Shown here piece by piece: positions 37,479 to 46,526 of a DNA stretch of 56,575 bases; within the stretch, counting starts at the first letter, position 1; the number at the start of each line of letters is the position of its first letter. The translations under genes and the position numbers were made by a program. Below the pieces are notes generated by a model that was not told the DNA's origin, searched no databases, and saw only the letters and a list, made by a program, of their open reading frames with translations. This DNA comes from an uncultured Pseudomonadales bacterium (lineage in GTDB: Bacteria > Patescibacteriota > Microgenomatia > UBA1400 > RBG-16-45-19): NCBI GenBank assembly GCA_964441155.1, contig CAYYKL010000003.1, positions 24,099-80,673 on the forward strand. Reading direction: 5' to 3'.

Positions 37479-38228
37479 TTATTTTTGATTGTTAAATTCA
37501 ATTGTCGAGAGCAAGTCTTTGACTGTGTTGAGGAAGCGGTCAGGAACTAAGGGGGTGTTGAAGGTTTCTTGATATGCTGCAGCGTTGGCAACAACTGTAG
37601 CTTGGTGCAGGGCACTGGCGGATTTGGTTTCGGCAACTACTGCTAAGCCAGAGGTGCTAACCGGTTCTATGATCCATGATCGTTTTTGAGCATCAATAAA
37701 GGTGGTAGCTAGGGGGTCAGTAGATTCTTGATCACTGCGAGTTTTTTCGAGGCTAAAGTCATGATCGGGAGAAAAGGCTTCAACCGAGATGCTCATGACC
37801 ACTTGGCATTGATCATCTATTTTTCCGGTATCACTACTCGTGCACGATTCATAGGCTTCGGCTGCTTGGGAATGGGGAAAAAGCAAAATTTGATTGCCGA
37901 TCGTTTTCTTCACGAGCCCCTCGGGTAGTTTTAGAGCGAATTCCTGGTTCTCAAACGAATCGACGAGCTTGCTCGTTAACTTGGCTGCCTCGGGGGCGGG
38001 TACGCTAGATTCATTGGGGGATGATGGCATACGTTGTCGAAAGAGCGCAAAAGCCACTAGAACAGTAATACCAATCAAGCCAATTAGTGTTAGCTTCACA
38101 AACGGAGCGAGTGATGGGGGGATGGCTGACGATGGCTTAGGCGATTGAGTTGTTGCCGTTGGCAATGGTGATATTTGATCTTTGGGCATAGTACTACCGA
38201 AAATTATGATGTGCTTCCAGCGTACCAC
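37479..38228 (-). CDS. Membrane-anchored protein with the related globular domain but no Cys module (paralog 4)
   Basis: TM LTLIGLIGITVLVAFALF. C-terminus ..NTVKDLLSTIEFNNQK resembles the ends of the neighbouring paralogs. The start may be the ATG at 38189. Confidence 0.55.
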   Translation of the reverse strand: MVRWKHIIIFGSTMPKDQISPLPTATTQSPKPSSAIPPSLAPFVKLTLIGLIGITVLVAFALFRQRMPSSPNESSVPAPEAAKLTSKLVDSFENQEFALKLPEGLVKKTIGNQILLFPHSQAAEAYESCTSSDTGKIDDQCQVVMSISVEAFSPDHDFSLEKTRSDQESTDPLATTFIDAQKRSWIIEPVSTSGLAVVAETKSASALHQATVVANAAAYQETFNTPLVPDRFLNTVKDLLSTIEFNNQK

Positions 38229-38265
38229 ATCAAGCAGGTAGTTTTGAAGCAGAGAAGTAAAGCGG

Positions 38266-38829
38266 TTAACGGTAACTTCTCTCGATAAGTTGCAAACTCA
38301 CTGTCGCTTGTCTATGCTCAAGCAACACATGTGCTGAGGCAAGTTGAAAAGTGGGTGGTGGTTTTAATTTATCGGAAATTACGGTTAGCATGCTTGGATT
38401 CAGGTGCCGCTCTGCAAGGCGAGAAATTTCCATGATTTGTTCAGAAGTAGCTATAGAAGATCTGTTATTATCTTTTGGACTAACTGAAAAAGCCGCTACT
38501 TCTAAAGTGCCATCATACTGGCTATTCCTCAGTGTTCCACCCACTGCATAAGTGTCAGTAATAGTTAGTGGCCATTTGCCAAATTTGATTGTTGTGTCTA
38601 GGTCAACTGGAATTGTGCCATGCTGAATTAAGAAGTGATTAACTCTGACAGAAGCAGTCAGGGGCAAACCTTTGGGAAGTGAAGTTTTAATCATGTCCAA
38701 AACTACCAGTGGGACTACTTTTCCGAGTTGTGATTGTTTGAGCACTCCAGTCCAAGCATGATCCGGATCGTTTATTAACGATTGTAAAATTCCCTGATAG
38801 TCAATGTCATGCTCGGTTAAAGGCGGCAT
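38266..38829 (-). CDS. Hypothetical protein (187 aa), first gene of the minus-strand cluster
   Basis: ORF only. No TM segment and no motif recognised. Confidence 0.45.
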   Translation of the reverse strand: MPPLTEHDIDYQGILQSLINDPDHAWTGVLKQSQLGKVVPLVVLDMIKTSLPKGLPLTASVRVNHFLIQHGTIPVDLDTTIKFGKWPLTITDTYAVGGTLRNSQYDGTLEVAAFSVSPKDNNRSSIATSEQIMEISRLAERHLNPSMLTVISDKLKPPPTFQLASAHVLLEHRQATVSLQLIERSYR

Positions 38830-38904
38830 ATTTTTACGGTATTATACCGATTCTCTTGTGGTAAGATACCAGCAAGAGATCGTCAAGTAATAAGGAGTAA
38901 GAAT

Positions 38905-39378
38905 ATGGATTTTCAACAATCGGTTGTATTAGTGAAACCTGATGGTTTGCAACGAGGATTAGTTGGCGAAATTATCGGTCGCTTCGAGCGCAAAGGCTTG
39001 AAATTGGTAGCGCTTAAAATGACCGCTCTTTCCGATACCCTCATCGAAGAATGGTATGCACATCACAAAGGCAAGCCATTCTTTCCGCAACTTAAACATT
39101 TCATGCAAAAAACTCCCGTGGTTGCCATGTTGCTTGAAGGAGTGGAGTGCATCGATGCTGTGCGCAAACTGACGGGTATAACCAAAGCGCGTGAGGCTGA
39201 AGCGGGTTCGATTCGGGGCGACTATGCCATGAGCCACCAGATGAATTTAATCCATGCATCAGACAGCGACGAAAATGCCAAGCGAGAGCGGGATTTGATC
39301 TTCACCCAAAAAGATATTTTCGACTACGAACGAAACATTGAAGTCTTTGTCTATACCGACGAAGAGGCGGGAAGATAA
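38905..39378 (+). CDS. ndk: Nucleoside diphosphate kinase
   Basis: LVKPDGLQRGLVGEIIGRFERKGLKLVALK, GSIRGDYA and NLIHASDS (active-site His). Confidence 0.9.
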   Translation: MDFQQSVVLVKPDGLQRGLVGEIIGRFERKGLKLVALKMTALSDTLIEEWYAHHKGKPFFPQLKHFMQKTPVVAMLLEGVECIDAVRKLTGITKAREAEAGSIRGDYAMSHQMNLIHASDSDENAKRERDLIFTQKDIFDYERNIEVFVYTDEEAGR

Positions 39379-39472
39379 TTCGTCGGACGTCAGATTAAGG
39401 TGCGCCGATCGATGAGAAATCGAAAGGAGTTCTCGGATCGAATAATCTTCGAACTGTAACGCACGGAGGGAT

Positions 39473-39703
39473 ATGGTAGAAGTAAATCTTGTTCTCCCTG
39501 ATGGCACATGGTTAAGTGACGTCGAACTTGTGAGACAGTTTGGGAGTGATACTCCTATTGCTCAAATAACTGAGACGCTGGGAGTGAGTCCAATTATTTT
39601 AGGTGAGCCAATTAGAATTTTGCCCCAAGATATTCCAGCGGAGAGCATAGTGAGGGTGAGTGGGACAAGACCACACGTTAATTTTCCTTCGATTCGAGAA
39701 TAG
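39473..39703 (+). CDS. Hypothetical small protein (76 aa)
   Basis: ORF only. A GGAGGG lies too close to the ATG (2 nt) to serve as an RBS. Confidence 0.3.
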   Translation: MVEVNLVLPDGTWLSDVELVRQFGSDTPIAQITETLGVSPIILGEPIRILPQDIPAESIVRVSGTRPHVNFPSIRE

Positions 39704-39831
39704 CTCATCGGGTCTCGCTGCTTGCGATTTCCTTCCAATGCGAACAGCAACAAATTTTTCCTTGAATATATCACCTTGAATACCTCTCAATATCCGCTCT
39801 ACAATGATTTGAGAAAGGCATTGAATTTGAT

Positions 39832-40389
39832 ATGACCAAAACAAGAGAGCAATTTCCCTTAAGTACCAAAAAAGTTCTCAAAAAAACTATTGCTGGAACC
39901 ATGGCATGGATTATTATATTACTCATTTTATTAAGCATAGTATTCACCTCATTTATCGCCTTTGCAGGTAATGCAGAGAGTGCGTACATTTTGATTGCCG
40001 GATTGGTCTTGTTGGGACTCTTGGTGATGATCATTGCCCTGACGTATTTATACCAATGGTGGTATTACAAAGAGTATTATTACGATTTAACTGCAGACTA
40101 TGTGGTGATTAAGAAAAATCCTATTACCCCCAAAGAAATAACCATTCCGTATGAGCGAATTCAGGATGTGTATGTTGATCAGGATTTGCTCGATCGAATT
40201 TTTGGACTCTATGATGTTCATCTTTCCAGTGCCACTATTTCCTCGGGCATGGAAGCACATATTGATGGAGTGGAGAAGCCGGCGGCAGATGGTTTGCGCG
40301 CACTTCTACTTAAAATGGTAAGTGAGAAACTATACCGTCACCAACCAAATAGTCAAAGCCAAGTTACTCAACCCGTTGTTGCTCAATAA
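39832..40389 (+). CDS. Membrane protein with a bacterial PH domain (YdbS/YdbT-like, bPH_2)
   Basis: Two TM helices, then ITIPYERIQDVYVDQDLLDRIFGLYDVHLSSA. Confidence 0.7.
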   Translation: MTKTREQFPLSTKKVLKKTIAGTMAWIIILLILLSIVFTSFIAFAGNAESAYILIAGLVLLGLLVMIIALTYLYQWWYYKEYYYDLTADYVVIKKNPITPKEITIPYERIQDVYVDQDLLDRIFGLYDVHLSSATISSGMEAHIDGVEKPAADGLRALLLKMVSEKLYRHQPNSQSQVTQPVVAQ

Positions 40390-40395
40390 ATCTGT

Positions 40396-40971
40396 ATGCC
40401 TGACTTCATCACCGAGAAACAATATCCCATCGAAACATTGTGGCTTTTCAAACCACTTTTTGCCTCAATCACCTCATTGCTTATCCTTGCGCTTTTCTGG
40501 ATATTCGTACCCAAATCTGAATCGCTCATCTTTTATTCACTTTTTTTTGTAGGATCAATTCCCTTTAATTTAGTTCTAACCTATTTAGTGCGACGTGCTT
40601 TTCACTTTACACTTGAAAATCAATTTCTAACGCTCAAACAGGGAGTCATTTCCAAACAAGAACGGCATGTACCTTATGGTGTTATTCAACATCTGCTCAT
40701 TAAGCAGGATGTATTAGACCGCTTGCTGGGTTTGGCATCGCTTCGGATTGAGAACGCTTCTGAGGGAGCAGGCAAGTCAGGTTTTGGCGGAAGTGCCATT
40801 CTTGGAACTAAAGCAACTACATCGAGCCGACATGGATGGATCGCCATCGGTTTTAATGGCAACAAAATCAATATTCCTGGCCTGACTAAAGCAAACGCTG
40901 AGGCGCTTAAAGAACATATACTTGCGAATATGAAAGCTAATCCAATCAACGATAGAAATTCTGGATTATAA
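40396..40971 (+). CDS. Second bPH_2-domain membrane protein
   Basis: Two TM helices, then HVPYGVIQHLLIKQDVLDRLLGLASLRIENAS. Adjacent paralog of 39832..40389. Confidence 0.7.
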   Translation: MPDFITEKQYPIETLWLFKPLFASITSLLILALFWIFVPKSESLIFYSLFFVGSIPFNLVLTYLVRRAFHFTLENQFLTLKQGVISKQERHVPYGVIQHLLIKQDVLDRLLGLASLRIENASEGAGKSGFGGSAILGTKATTSSRHGWIAIGFNGNKINIPGLTKANAEALKEHILANMKANPINDRNSGL

Positions 40972-41022
40972 CTTTGGCAATATCCTTGCAACATCGTAAA
41001 TGGCAATTAAATTAGACTGTGT

Positions 41023-41094
41023 CGGGGTGCTGGGAATTGAACCCAGTGTCTCGCCGTCCCGAACGGCGCATGTTACCGATACACTACACCCCGA
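41023..41094 (-). tRNA. tRNA-Pro (anticodon CGG)
   Basis: Reverse complement CGGGGTG..CGCCG-TTCGGGA-CGGCG..CTGGG-TTCAATT-CCCAG-CACCCCG-A folds by hand as a 72-nt cloverleaf. Confidence 0.9.
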
Positions 41095-41268
41095 ATTCGT
41101 CTACTATGTTTGGGTAGACTCACTAACTTTATGACAACATGATGTATTGTACAGCAGAATCATTATTCTCAACTTTTTTATAAGCATGCTCAAGGTGAAT
41201 TGTTCTAACTAGATCGGCTGTCTAAATCCCAAGTGTGTTAGGATTTCCTTATCTAGGATGAAAGGTAA

Positions 41269-42507
41269 ATGATAACTATGCAAATAGGAAATGACACGTT
41301 AGAGCAAATCAAAAATAAATTAGGGCCTGTCGTGCACACTCGTTTTGAAGCTAAGTCCTATGAACAAGTTTTCGAGCAAATCGGCGAACAATTACGTGAG
41401 AGAATTGGGGTCATAGCCCAAGAGACGCTTGAGACACTGAAGGCAACTGATCTCTTGGAAAAAAAAGTTGCTTGGGCGAATCAGTCACTTCATTGGGTTC
41501 ATTCAACAAACAATATATTGCCTAATTACCGAAACCACATCGACAACTATATTTCATCTCTTCATGCTTGGTCGAAAGCTGCAGGCCTAAAGCAGATGGC
41601 AGCCAAATACAATATTTCAGGCACCATGAATATTCCTGCTGAGTTATTAGTTGGATACATGCTTCAAGATGACAACGTTGGTTGTCAAACCGCAATGGTG
41701 CCGATAGCAACCAACTTGGTATTACTATTCCATTCAGAGGAAGATACAGGAACTAGGGTAGACAAGCCAAGAATATTTACCTTGAAAGTACCTGGCAAAG
41801 AAATTTCCTACTTTGTATATCCTAGTCTTTTGCCTGGTTCGAGCTTTGCCTATGCGAGAACCAATGATGATTTTTATCTGCAGACAGTTGATTTTTTGTA
41901 TATTCGTCGGGAAGATCAGCACTTAAGTCTAGCAAATATGGCGGTCTTTGCCACTTTATTGGAATCCGATCAAAATCGGAACCAAGAAATTATTTCTACT
42001 CTACGACCCTACGTTGATGGATATGCGCTCAATTGTGTTATGAGAAAGGAAACAGGCGGTGAGAGAGAAATCTCAGGAGAGAATATAGTGTTTGCTAATA
42101 ACGCGCTATCAGCGAGAGCTCTCTCTCGTGAGTCTTTGCTACAGGTGAATATTTTGAACTCTACTAGCGCTGAACTTATGGAACAAGAGATGATTAATCG
42201 AGAAGACAAGCAAATCTATGAACAACGTCTTTTACGCTTAAAAAATGAGACAGATAAAATCTTAGGATCTTCTTCGTCTGCAGAAGATACGCTCAAGGCA
42301 CTTTTAACTGCGGCAACATCTCAAGAAGGGGGAGATTATGCGCTGGCAAATCGGGATGTAAAAGCAACCGCAGTTATTGCCCTGAGCAAGTCTCAGATCT
42401 ACGGATTAATACATCCAGGGCCCGTTATGTTGCAAGAAACTTCGGCACTACATTCTAACACTTTGCAACAATTTGCTCAGGCATTTGGAGGATATTTTAT
42501 TAATTAA
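41269..42507 (+). CDS. Hypothetical protein, possibly a C45/Ntn-hydrolase-like acyltransferase fold
   Basis: 412 aa. DDNVGCQTAMV (Gly-Cys as in self-processing Ntn/C45 enzymes) and YPSLLPGSSFAYARTNDDFYLQTVDFL resemble C45 blocks. Weak, from memory. Confidence 0.35.
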   Translation: MITMQIGNDTLEQIKNKLGPVVHTRFEAKSYEQVFEQIGEQLRERIGVIAQETLETLKATDLLEKKVAWANQSLHWVHSTNNILPNYRNHIDNYISSLHAWSKAAGLKQMAAKYNISGTMNIPAELLVGYMLQDDNVGCQTAMVPIATNLVLLFHSEEDTGTRVDKPRIFTLKVPGKEISYFVYPSLLPGSSFAYARTNDDFYLQTVDFLYIRREDQHLSLANMAVFATLLESDQNRNQEIISTLRPYVDGYALNCVMRKETGGEREISGENIVFANNALSARALSRESLLQVNILNSTSAELMEQEMINREDKQIYEQRLLRLKNETDKILGSSSSAEDTLKALLTAATSQEGGDYALANRDVKATAVIALSKSQIYGLIHPGPVMLQETSALHSNTLQQFAQAFGGYFIN

Positions 42508-42509
42508 AG

Positions 42510-42581
42510 TGCCCTCACCAAGAATCGAACTTGGATTTAAGGTTTAGGAAACCTCCGTTCTATCCATTGAACTATGAGGGC
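42510..42581 (-). tRNA. tRNA-Arg (anticodon CCT)
   Basis: Reverse complement GCCCTCA..GAGGT-TTCCTAA-ACCTT..CCAAG-TTCGATT-CTTGG-TGAGGGC-A folds by hand as a 72-nt cloverleaf. Confidence 0.9.
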
Positions 42582-42686
42582 ATGATGGTATTATAATTCA
42601 TTGTGTTGTTAATGTTTGTTTTACACTAAAAAAATGCGCGAATCGTTAGCGCTACACCCAGGGCAAAAAACTGCCTTAGTGACCCT

Positions 42687-43751
42687 ATGAAGCCATATCA
42701 AGCTTCGGATGAACTCATACCTAAACCATCTTATATTCCTCAAAAAGTAGGCATTGTCTATAGCGAGGTTAAGCGTGAATACTTTCCTACGCATGAACAA
42801 TACGTCACTGAAAAAGACGCCCTACATGATGCCGAAGTTGTTGGCAAGTATCTTGAGCAACTCGGTTGCAGTGTGATTTATTTGCCAGCTACACCCCAAC
42901 TTTCTCAGTTACTTGTTAGCGAAAAACCAGAAATGGTGTTTAACATGACCGGATCTGTTCGAGGGCAAGAGTACTTAGCTTCCGTTGTGCCAGGGATCTT
43001 GGAAATGCATCAGATCCCCTACACTGGCGCAGGCATTTTGGGTGAATCAATGGGATACAACAAATTCTTGCTCAAGCGCTTGCTTAAAGCCCATGGTGTT
43101 CCAGTGCCTGAGTTTCAACTTTTTCCTTCACATGCATCGCCCTTGAGCGAGGATTTTCAGTTCCCGCTTATATCCAAATTAAATGAAATTCACGGTGGTG
43201 TAGAAATCAATACCGCTGCTGTGAGCGAAAATGAAAGACAATTACGCGAGCGTATTCGATGGCTTATTGAGACGTATGATCAACCAGTGTTAGTTGAAGA
43301 GTTTATTGTTGGACGAGAAATAACTGCAATTTTATTGGAAGGGAAAAATAAAAAAGTCTATCTGGCTGAGAAGGTGTTTGATAAGGCAGGAGAGAAATTT
43401 GTTTTGGCTACTTTTGATGATCAATGGCTTTCTGATTCAGACGTGGGCAGTTACCACTATGCAAAATATGAGGATAGGCAATTGAGTGATTTGGTTCGCA
43501 AAGCATTTGATGTGTGCAAAATGAGTGATTATGGCAAATTTGACATCCGCATTGACGGCTCGGGGAGGTACTATTTTATTGATCCAAACTCCAATCCCGC
43601 TTTTGGGCCCAAAGAATCATTGGTGGCGCTCTCTTTAATTCTGGATATGTATGGAATTTCGTTTGTCGATATTTTACGACGATTGATTGATAACACGCTC
43701 GGAACTACGCATGCTGATCCTAACAGCAATGGAGTGCATGATCATATTTGA
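42687..43751 (+). CDS. ATP-grasp enzyme, D-alanine--D-alanine ligase family-like
   Basis: KVGIVYSE..., NKFLLKRLLKAHGVPVPEF, PVLVEEFIVGREIT and DYGKFDIRIDGSGRYYFIDPNSNPAFG fit an ATP-grasp layout. The substrate is unknown. Confidence 0.6.
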   Translation: MKPYQASDELIPKPSYIPQKVGIVYSEVKREYFPTHEQYVTEKDALHDAEVVGKYLEQLGCSVIYLPATPQLSQLLVSEKPEMVFNMTGSVRGQEYLASVVPGILEMHQIPYTGAGILGESMGYNKFLLKRLLKAHGVPVPEFQLFPSHASPLSEDFQFPLISKLNEIHGGVEINTAAVSENERQLRERIRWLIETYDQPVLVEEFIVGREITAILLEGKNKKVYLAEKVFDKAGEKFVLATFDDQWLSDSDVGSYHYAKYEDRQLSDLVRKAFDVCKMSDYGKFDIRIDGSGRYYFIDPNSNPAFGPKESLVALSLILDMYGISFVDILRRLIDNTLGTTHADPNSNGVHDHI

Positions 43752-43870
43752 TCGTGCCTCAACTCAAATAACCATAAGGAAATACAGGCTTTACATAGGA
43801 AAATCGAAGATTTTTTGCTCAATCGCAATCTGATAAGCTGAAAGTAAGGAATATAGTTACAGGAGAGGAT

Positions 43871-45247
43871 ATGCGAATCATAAAGCTGTTGTTTATTGTA
43901 GCCACATTGTTAATGTTTCCAAATTTAGTCAGGGCTCAAGCTAACCCGAATCCGGGCTATGTGCTTCAGCCATCCGAGTCAGTTTTTGAAATTCCGGTGC
44001 AAAATCCTAATGAAGGCTATGGAGTAAATGTTCGCTTGAGTTATAAAGATGGTGGCTTTCTCACCAATCAAGCAGGGATTCGCTATGAATGGATATATTC
44101 AGGCAATGTGATTTCCTTGTATGATTCAGGCTTTGAAAACGGTTGTCCCTATGACATTGTGAGTCCGTGTCCCAATTTGCACGCCGACTTGCGAGGAATT
44201 AATCCTGGAACGGCAGTGATTACCATAAAGGCATATTTGTATGACAGTTTTATCGCGTCGACGATTATCACGGTTAAGGTTAAAGATGCTGTATATGTGC
44301 TCAAGCCTTCAGAAGAAGTAATAAATACTCGCGTTCATGGTCAAAATGAAGGTTATGGCGTGAATGTATTGCTCTATAAAGATGGTTATTTGGTTCGAAA
44401 TCAAAGTGATATTACCTATATTTGGAAAAATCAATCCAACTCGTTTTCGCTGGGGTCATATGGTTTTGACTCGGGATGTCCCTATGATATCGAAGCGCCG
44501 TGTCCCAATTTGCATGCAGATATTGGCGGAATAAGCCCAGGAAAAAGTTTGGTAACCGTTGAAGCATGGCGAGCAAATCGAATGATTGCATCGACTCAGT
44601 TCACTGTGATTATCGCGGGTGATTATCGCCTGGAGTGGTTAGATCAAACCGGAAGCATGCAATTGCATATAGATCATCCGTTTAGCGCCTTTCTTTTGCA
44701 TGGCGATACGTTGGTTCAAGATTCGCAAAATATTACCTATGCTTGGTCAGCTCAGCCAGCTAATCGAGTTTGGATTCGCGATCACATAAGCTTTATCACT
44801 TCTTGTCCTAAGTATGTTTCGGGTAGTTGCAGCGTTCCCACGGCCAGCATCAGAGGATTATCTGCCGGACCAGTGGAAATAACCCTCAAAGCAATTTCGC
44901 GGGATGGCAAAGTGCTTGCTAGTGGAACGCTGAGCGCAACGGTATGGGATGGCGGTCCAATGCCCACACCCATGACCGAAATTAGGGAAGATGAATTATT
45001 GGAAACGGAAATCTACGACGAATCGTTGGAGCCGCGCATGTTTGAAGAAACAAATTGGGAGGGAGAGCGGTTATCGACTCTCGAATCCAATTATCAGGCC
45101 CTGAAGGAAACGGTCGAAGCCCAAGCAGCGACAATTGCACAGCAGCAAGAATCACTGATTGAGCAAGAACAGGGATTGCAGGAAACAAGGTCTTTGGTCG
45201 ATCGTTTAATCAATTACATTCGCCAATTATTCCGCTGGCTTCGATAG
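43871..45247 (+). CDS. Secreted protein with three tandem about 110-aa Ig-like repeats and a C-terminal coiled coil
   Basis: Signal peptide ...FPNLVRAQA. Repeats start at YVLQPSE, YVLKPSE and YRLEWLD. The Q/E-rich C-terminus is ALKETVEAQAATIAQQQESLIEQEQGLQE. Confidence 0.7.
   Translation: MRIIKLLFIVATLLMFPNLVRAQANPNPGYVLQPSESVFEIPVQNPNEGYGVNVRLSYKDGGFLTNQAGIRYEWIYSGNVISLYDSGFENGCPYDIVSPCPNLHADLRGINPGTAVITIKAYLYDSFIASTIITVKVKDAVYVLKPSEEVINTRVHGQNEGYGVNVLLYKDGYLVRNQSDITYIWKNQSNSFSLGSYGFDSGCPYDIEAPCPNLHADIGGISPGKSLVTVEAWRANRMIASTQFTVIIAGDYRLEWLDQTGSMQLHIDHPFSAFLLHGDTLVQDSQNITYAWSAQPANRVWIRDHISFITSCPKYVSGSCSVPTASIRGLSAGPVEITLKAISRDGKVLASGTLSATVWDGGPMPTPMTEIREDELLETEIYDESLEPRMFEETNWEGERLSTLESNYQALKETVEAQAATIAQQQESLIEQEQGLQETRSLVDRLINYIRQLFRWLR
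43958..44950 (+). repeat. Three tandem intragenic repeats (about 330 nt each; repeats 1 and 2 are clearly similar at the DNA level)
   Basis: GCPYDIVSPCPNLHADLRGINPG versus GCPYDIEAPCPNLHADIGGISPG. DNA blocks tgtccctatga and ccgtgtcccaatttgca occur in both. Confidence 0.8.
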
Positions 45248-45262
45248 CTACGAGCTTAAAGT

Positions 45263-45667
45263 ATGAGCGATTGCGTCTTTTGCCAAATCGTTGCGGGGAA
45301 TATCCCGAGCTTCATTATCTACGAAGATAATGAGTTTGTAGCATTTTTAGATATTTCTCAGATTGTCGATGGGCACACTTTGGTGATTCCCAAAACTCAT
45401 TATCGCTGGGTGTGGGATGTGCCGAATATCAGCAGCTACTTCGAGGTGGTTCAAAGAGTCGCCCGAAAAATGCAGCAGGTTTCGGGATCAAGCTATGTGA
45501 AAAGTGTAACGCTTGGAGTGCTAGTTGAGCATGCTCACGTGCATCTTTTGCCAGAAACCCAAGGAAGCGCATCCTTAATTGACAATGCTTGGAGTGAAGC
45601 CAGGGAAGCACGAAAACTTTCAGAGAACGAAATGATTGCATTGAAGAACAAGTTTCAAGTGAAGTAA
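45263..45667 (+). CDS. HIT family (histidine triad) protein
   Basis: CVFCQIVAG, DGHTLVIPK and HAHVHLLP (HxHxH-type triad). Confidence 0.85.
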   Translation: MSDCVFCQIVAGNIPSFIIYEDNEFVAFLDISQIVDGHTLVIPKTHYRWVWDVPNISSYFEVVQRVARKMQQVSGSSYVKSVTLGVLVEHAHVHLLPETQGSASLIDNAWSEAREARKLSENEMIALKNKFQVK

Positions 45668-45676
45668 ATAGATCGA

Positions 45677-46483
45677 TTAGGCTTCTAGTTGAGCCAGTCG
45701 AGCCATGGCCACCTGGCGAAGATCATACAAAATATCTTCGTAATCTGGCATGAGGTCAATAGTTTCCTGAGGAATTATTTTTTCGTACTCGTCAATTAAG
45801 CCGATGCAGTGTTCAACTACCAAGCGCAATCGGTGTTTAAACTCTACTTTTGTCCAGGCAAAATAAAAACGGTTCTCATCAGTTTTGAGAGTGATAGTTT
45901 TGAACCACCAAACGGCAACTTTGAGCAATGGGGGAGTAATATATTCAATCGAGTTAATAACCGAATCAAACCGCTTCAAGTTCCACACTTCCAAACCATC
46001 AAGATCGCGCAAGACTCTGGCTTCAACCACTCCAGGTCGCCTCAGTCGAGCCGTTCCAGAAATTATTCTGGATTTAGGAAACAGGGAGCTGAATGATGCA
46101 TGAGTCCTGATGCAGTAGGCGATTGGCTCGAGCAACTCTATGCGCAATCTAATATCTCTGGCATGTTTGCGAAACATTTTCTCGCTGCCTTTGCCGTCAT
46201 AAATGTTTTCGTAGAGGAGCTTGAATTTGCCGGTACCCATAACCCGAGATGCTTTCCAGACATCATGCCAGCAAATAGCGGGTAGTAAAATCCGGAAATT
46301 CAGGTGTAATTGTGGTTCGTGTTTCAGGAGAAGGGTTAAATTATCAAATAATTGTTCGACATGTTCGTGGCTATGATTAACGTCGAGGCTATCGCGCATG
46401 AGGGCGATGCCTTCTGTGCACAACTCGACGAGTTCCGGGGGCAGGTCGATGTGCTGTTGTTGAATAAAATCAGTTAATTGCAC
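45677..46483 (-). CDS. HD-domain protein
   Basis: NHSHEHVEQ ... ICWHDVWK gives the H...HD metal-binding spacing. Confidence 0.55.
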   Translation of the reverse strand: MQLTDFIQQQHIDLPPELVELCTEGIALMRDSLDVNHSHEHVEQLFDNLTLLLKHEPQLHLNFRILLPAICWHDVWKASRVMGTGKFKLLYENIYDGKGSEKMFRKHARDIRLRIELLEPIAYCIRTHASFSSLFPKSRIISGTARLRRPGVVEARVLRDLDGLEVWNLKRFDSVINSIEYITPPLLKVAVWWFKTITLKTDENRFYFAWTKVEFKHRLRLVVEHCIGLIDEYEKIIPQETIDLMPDYEDILYDLRQVAMARLAQLEA

Positions 46484-46526
46484 AGCGTGTGTTAGTATAG
46501 CGTAAATAGTTGGTAAAAGTCACGCT

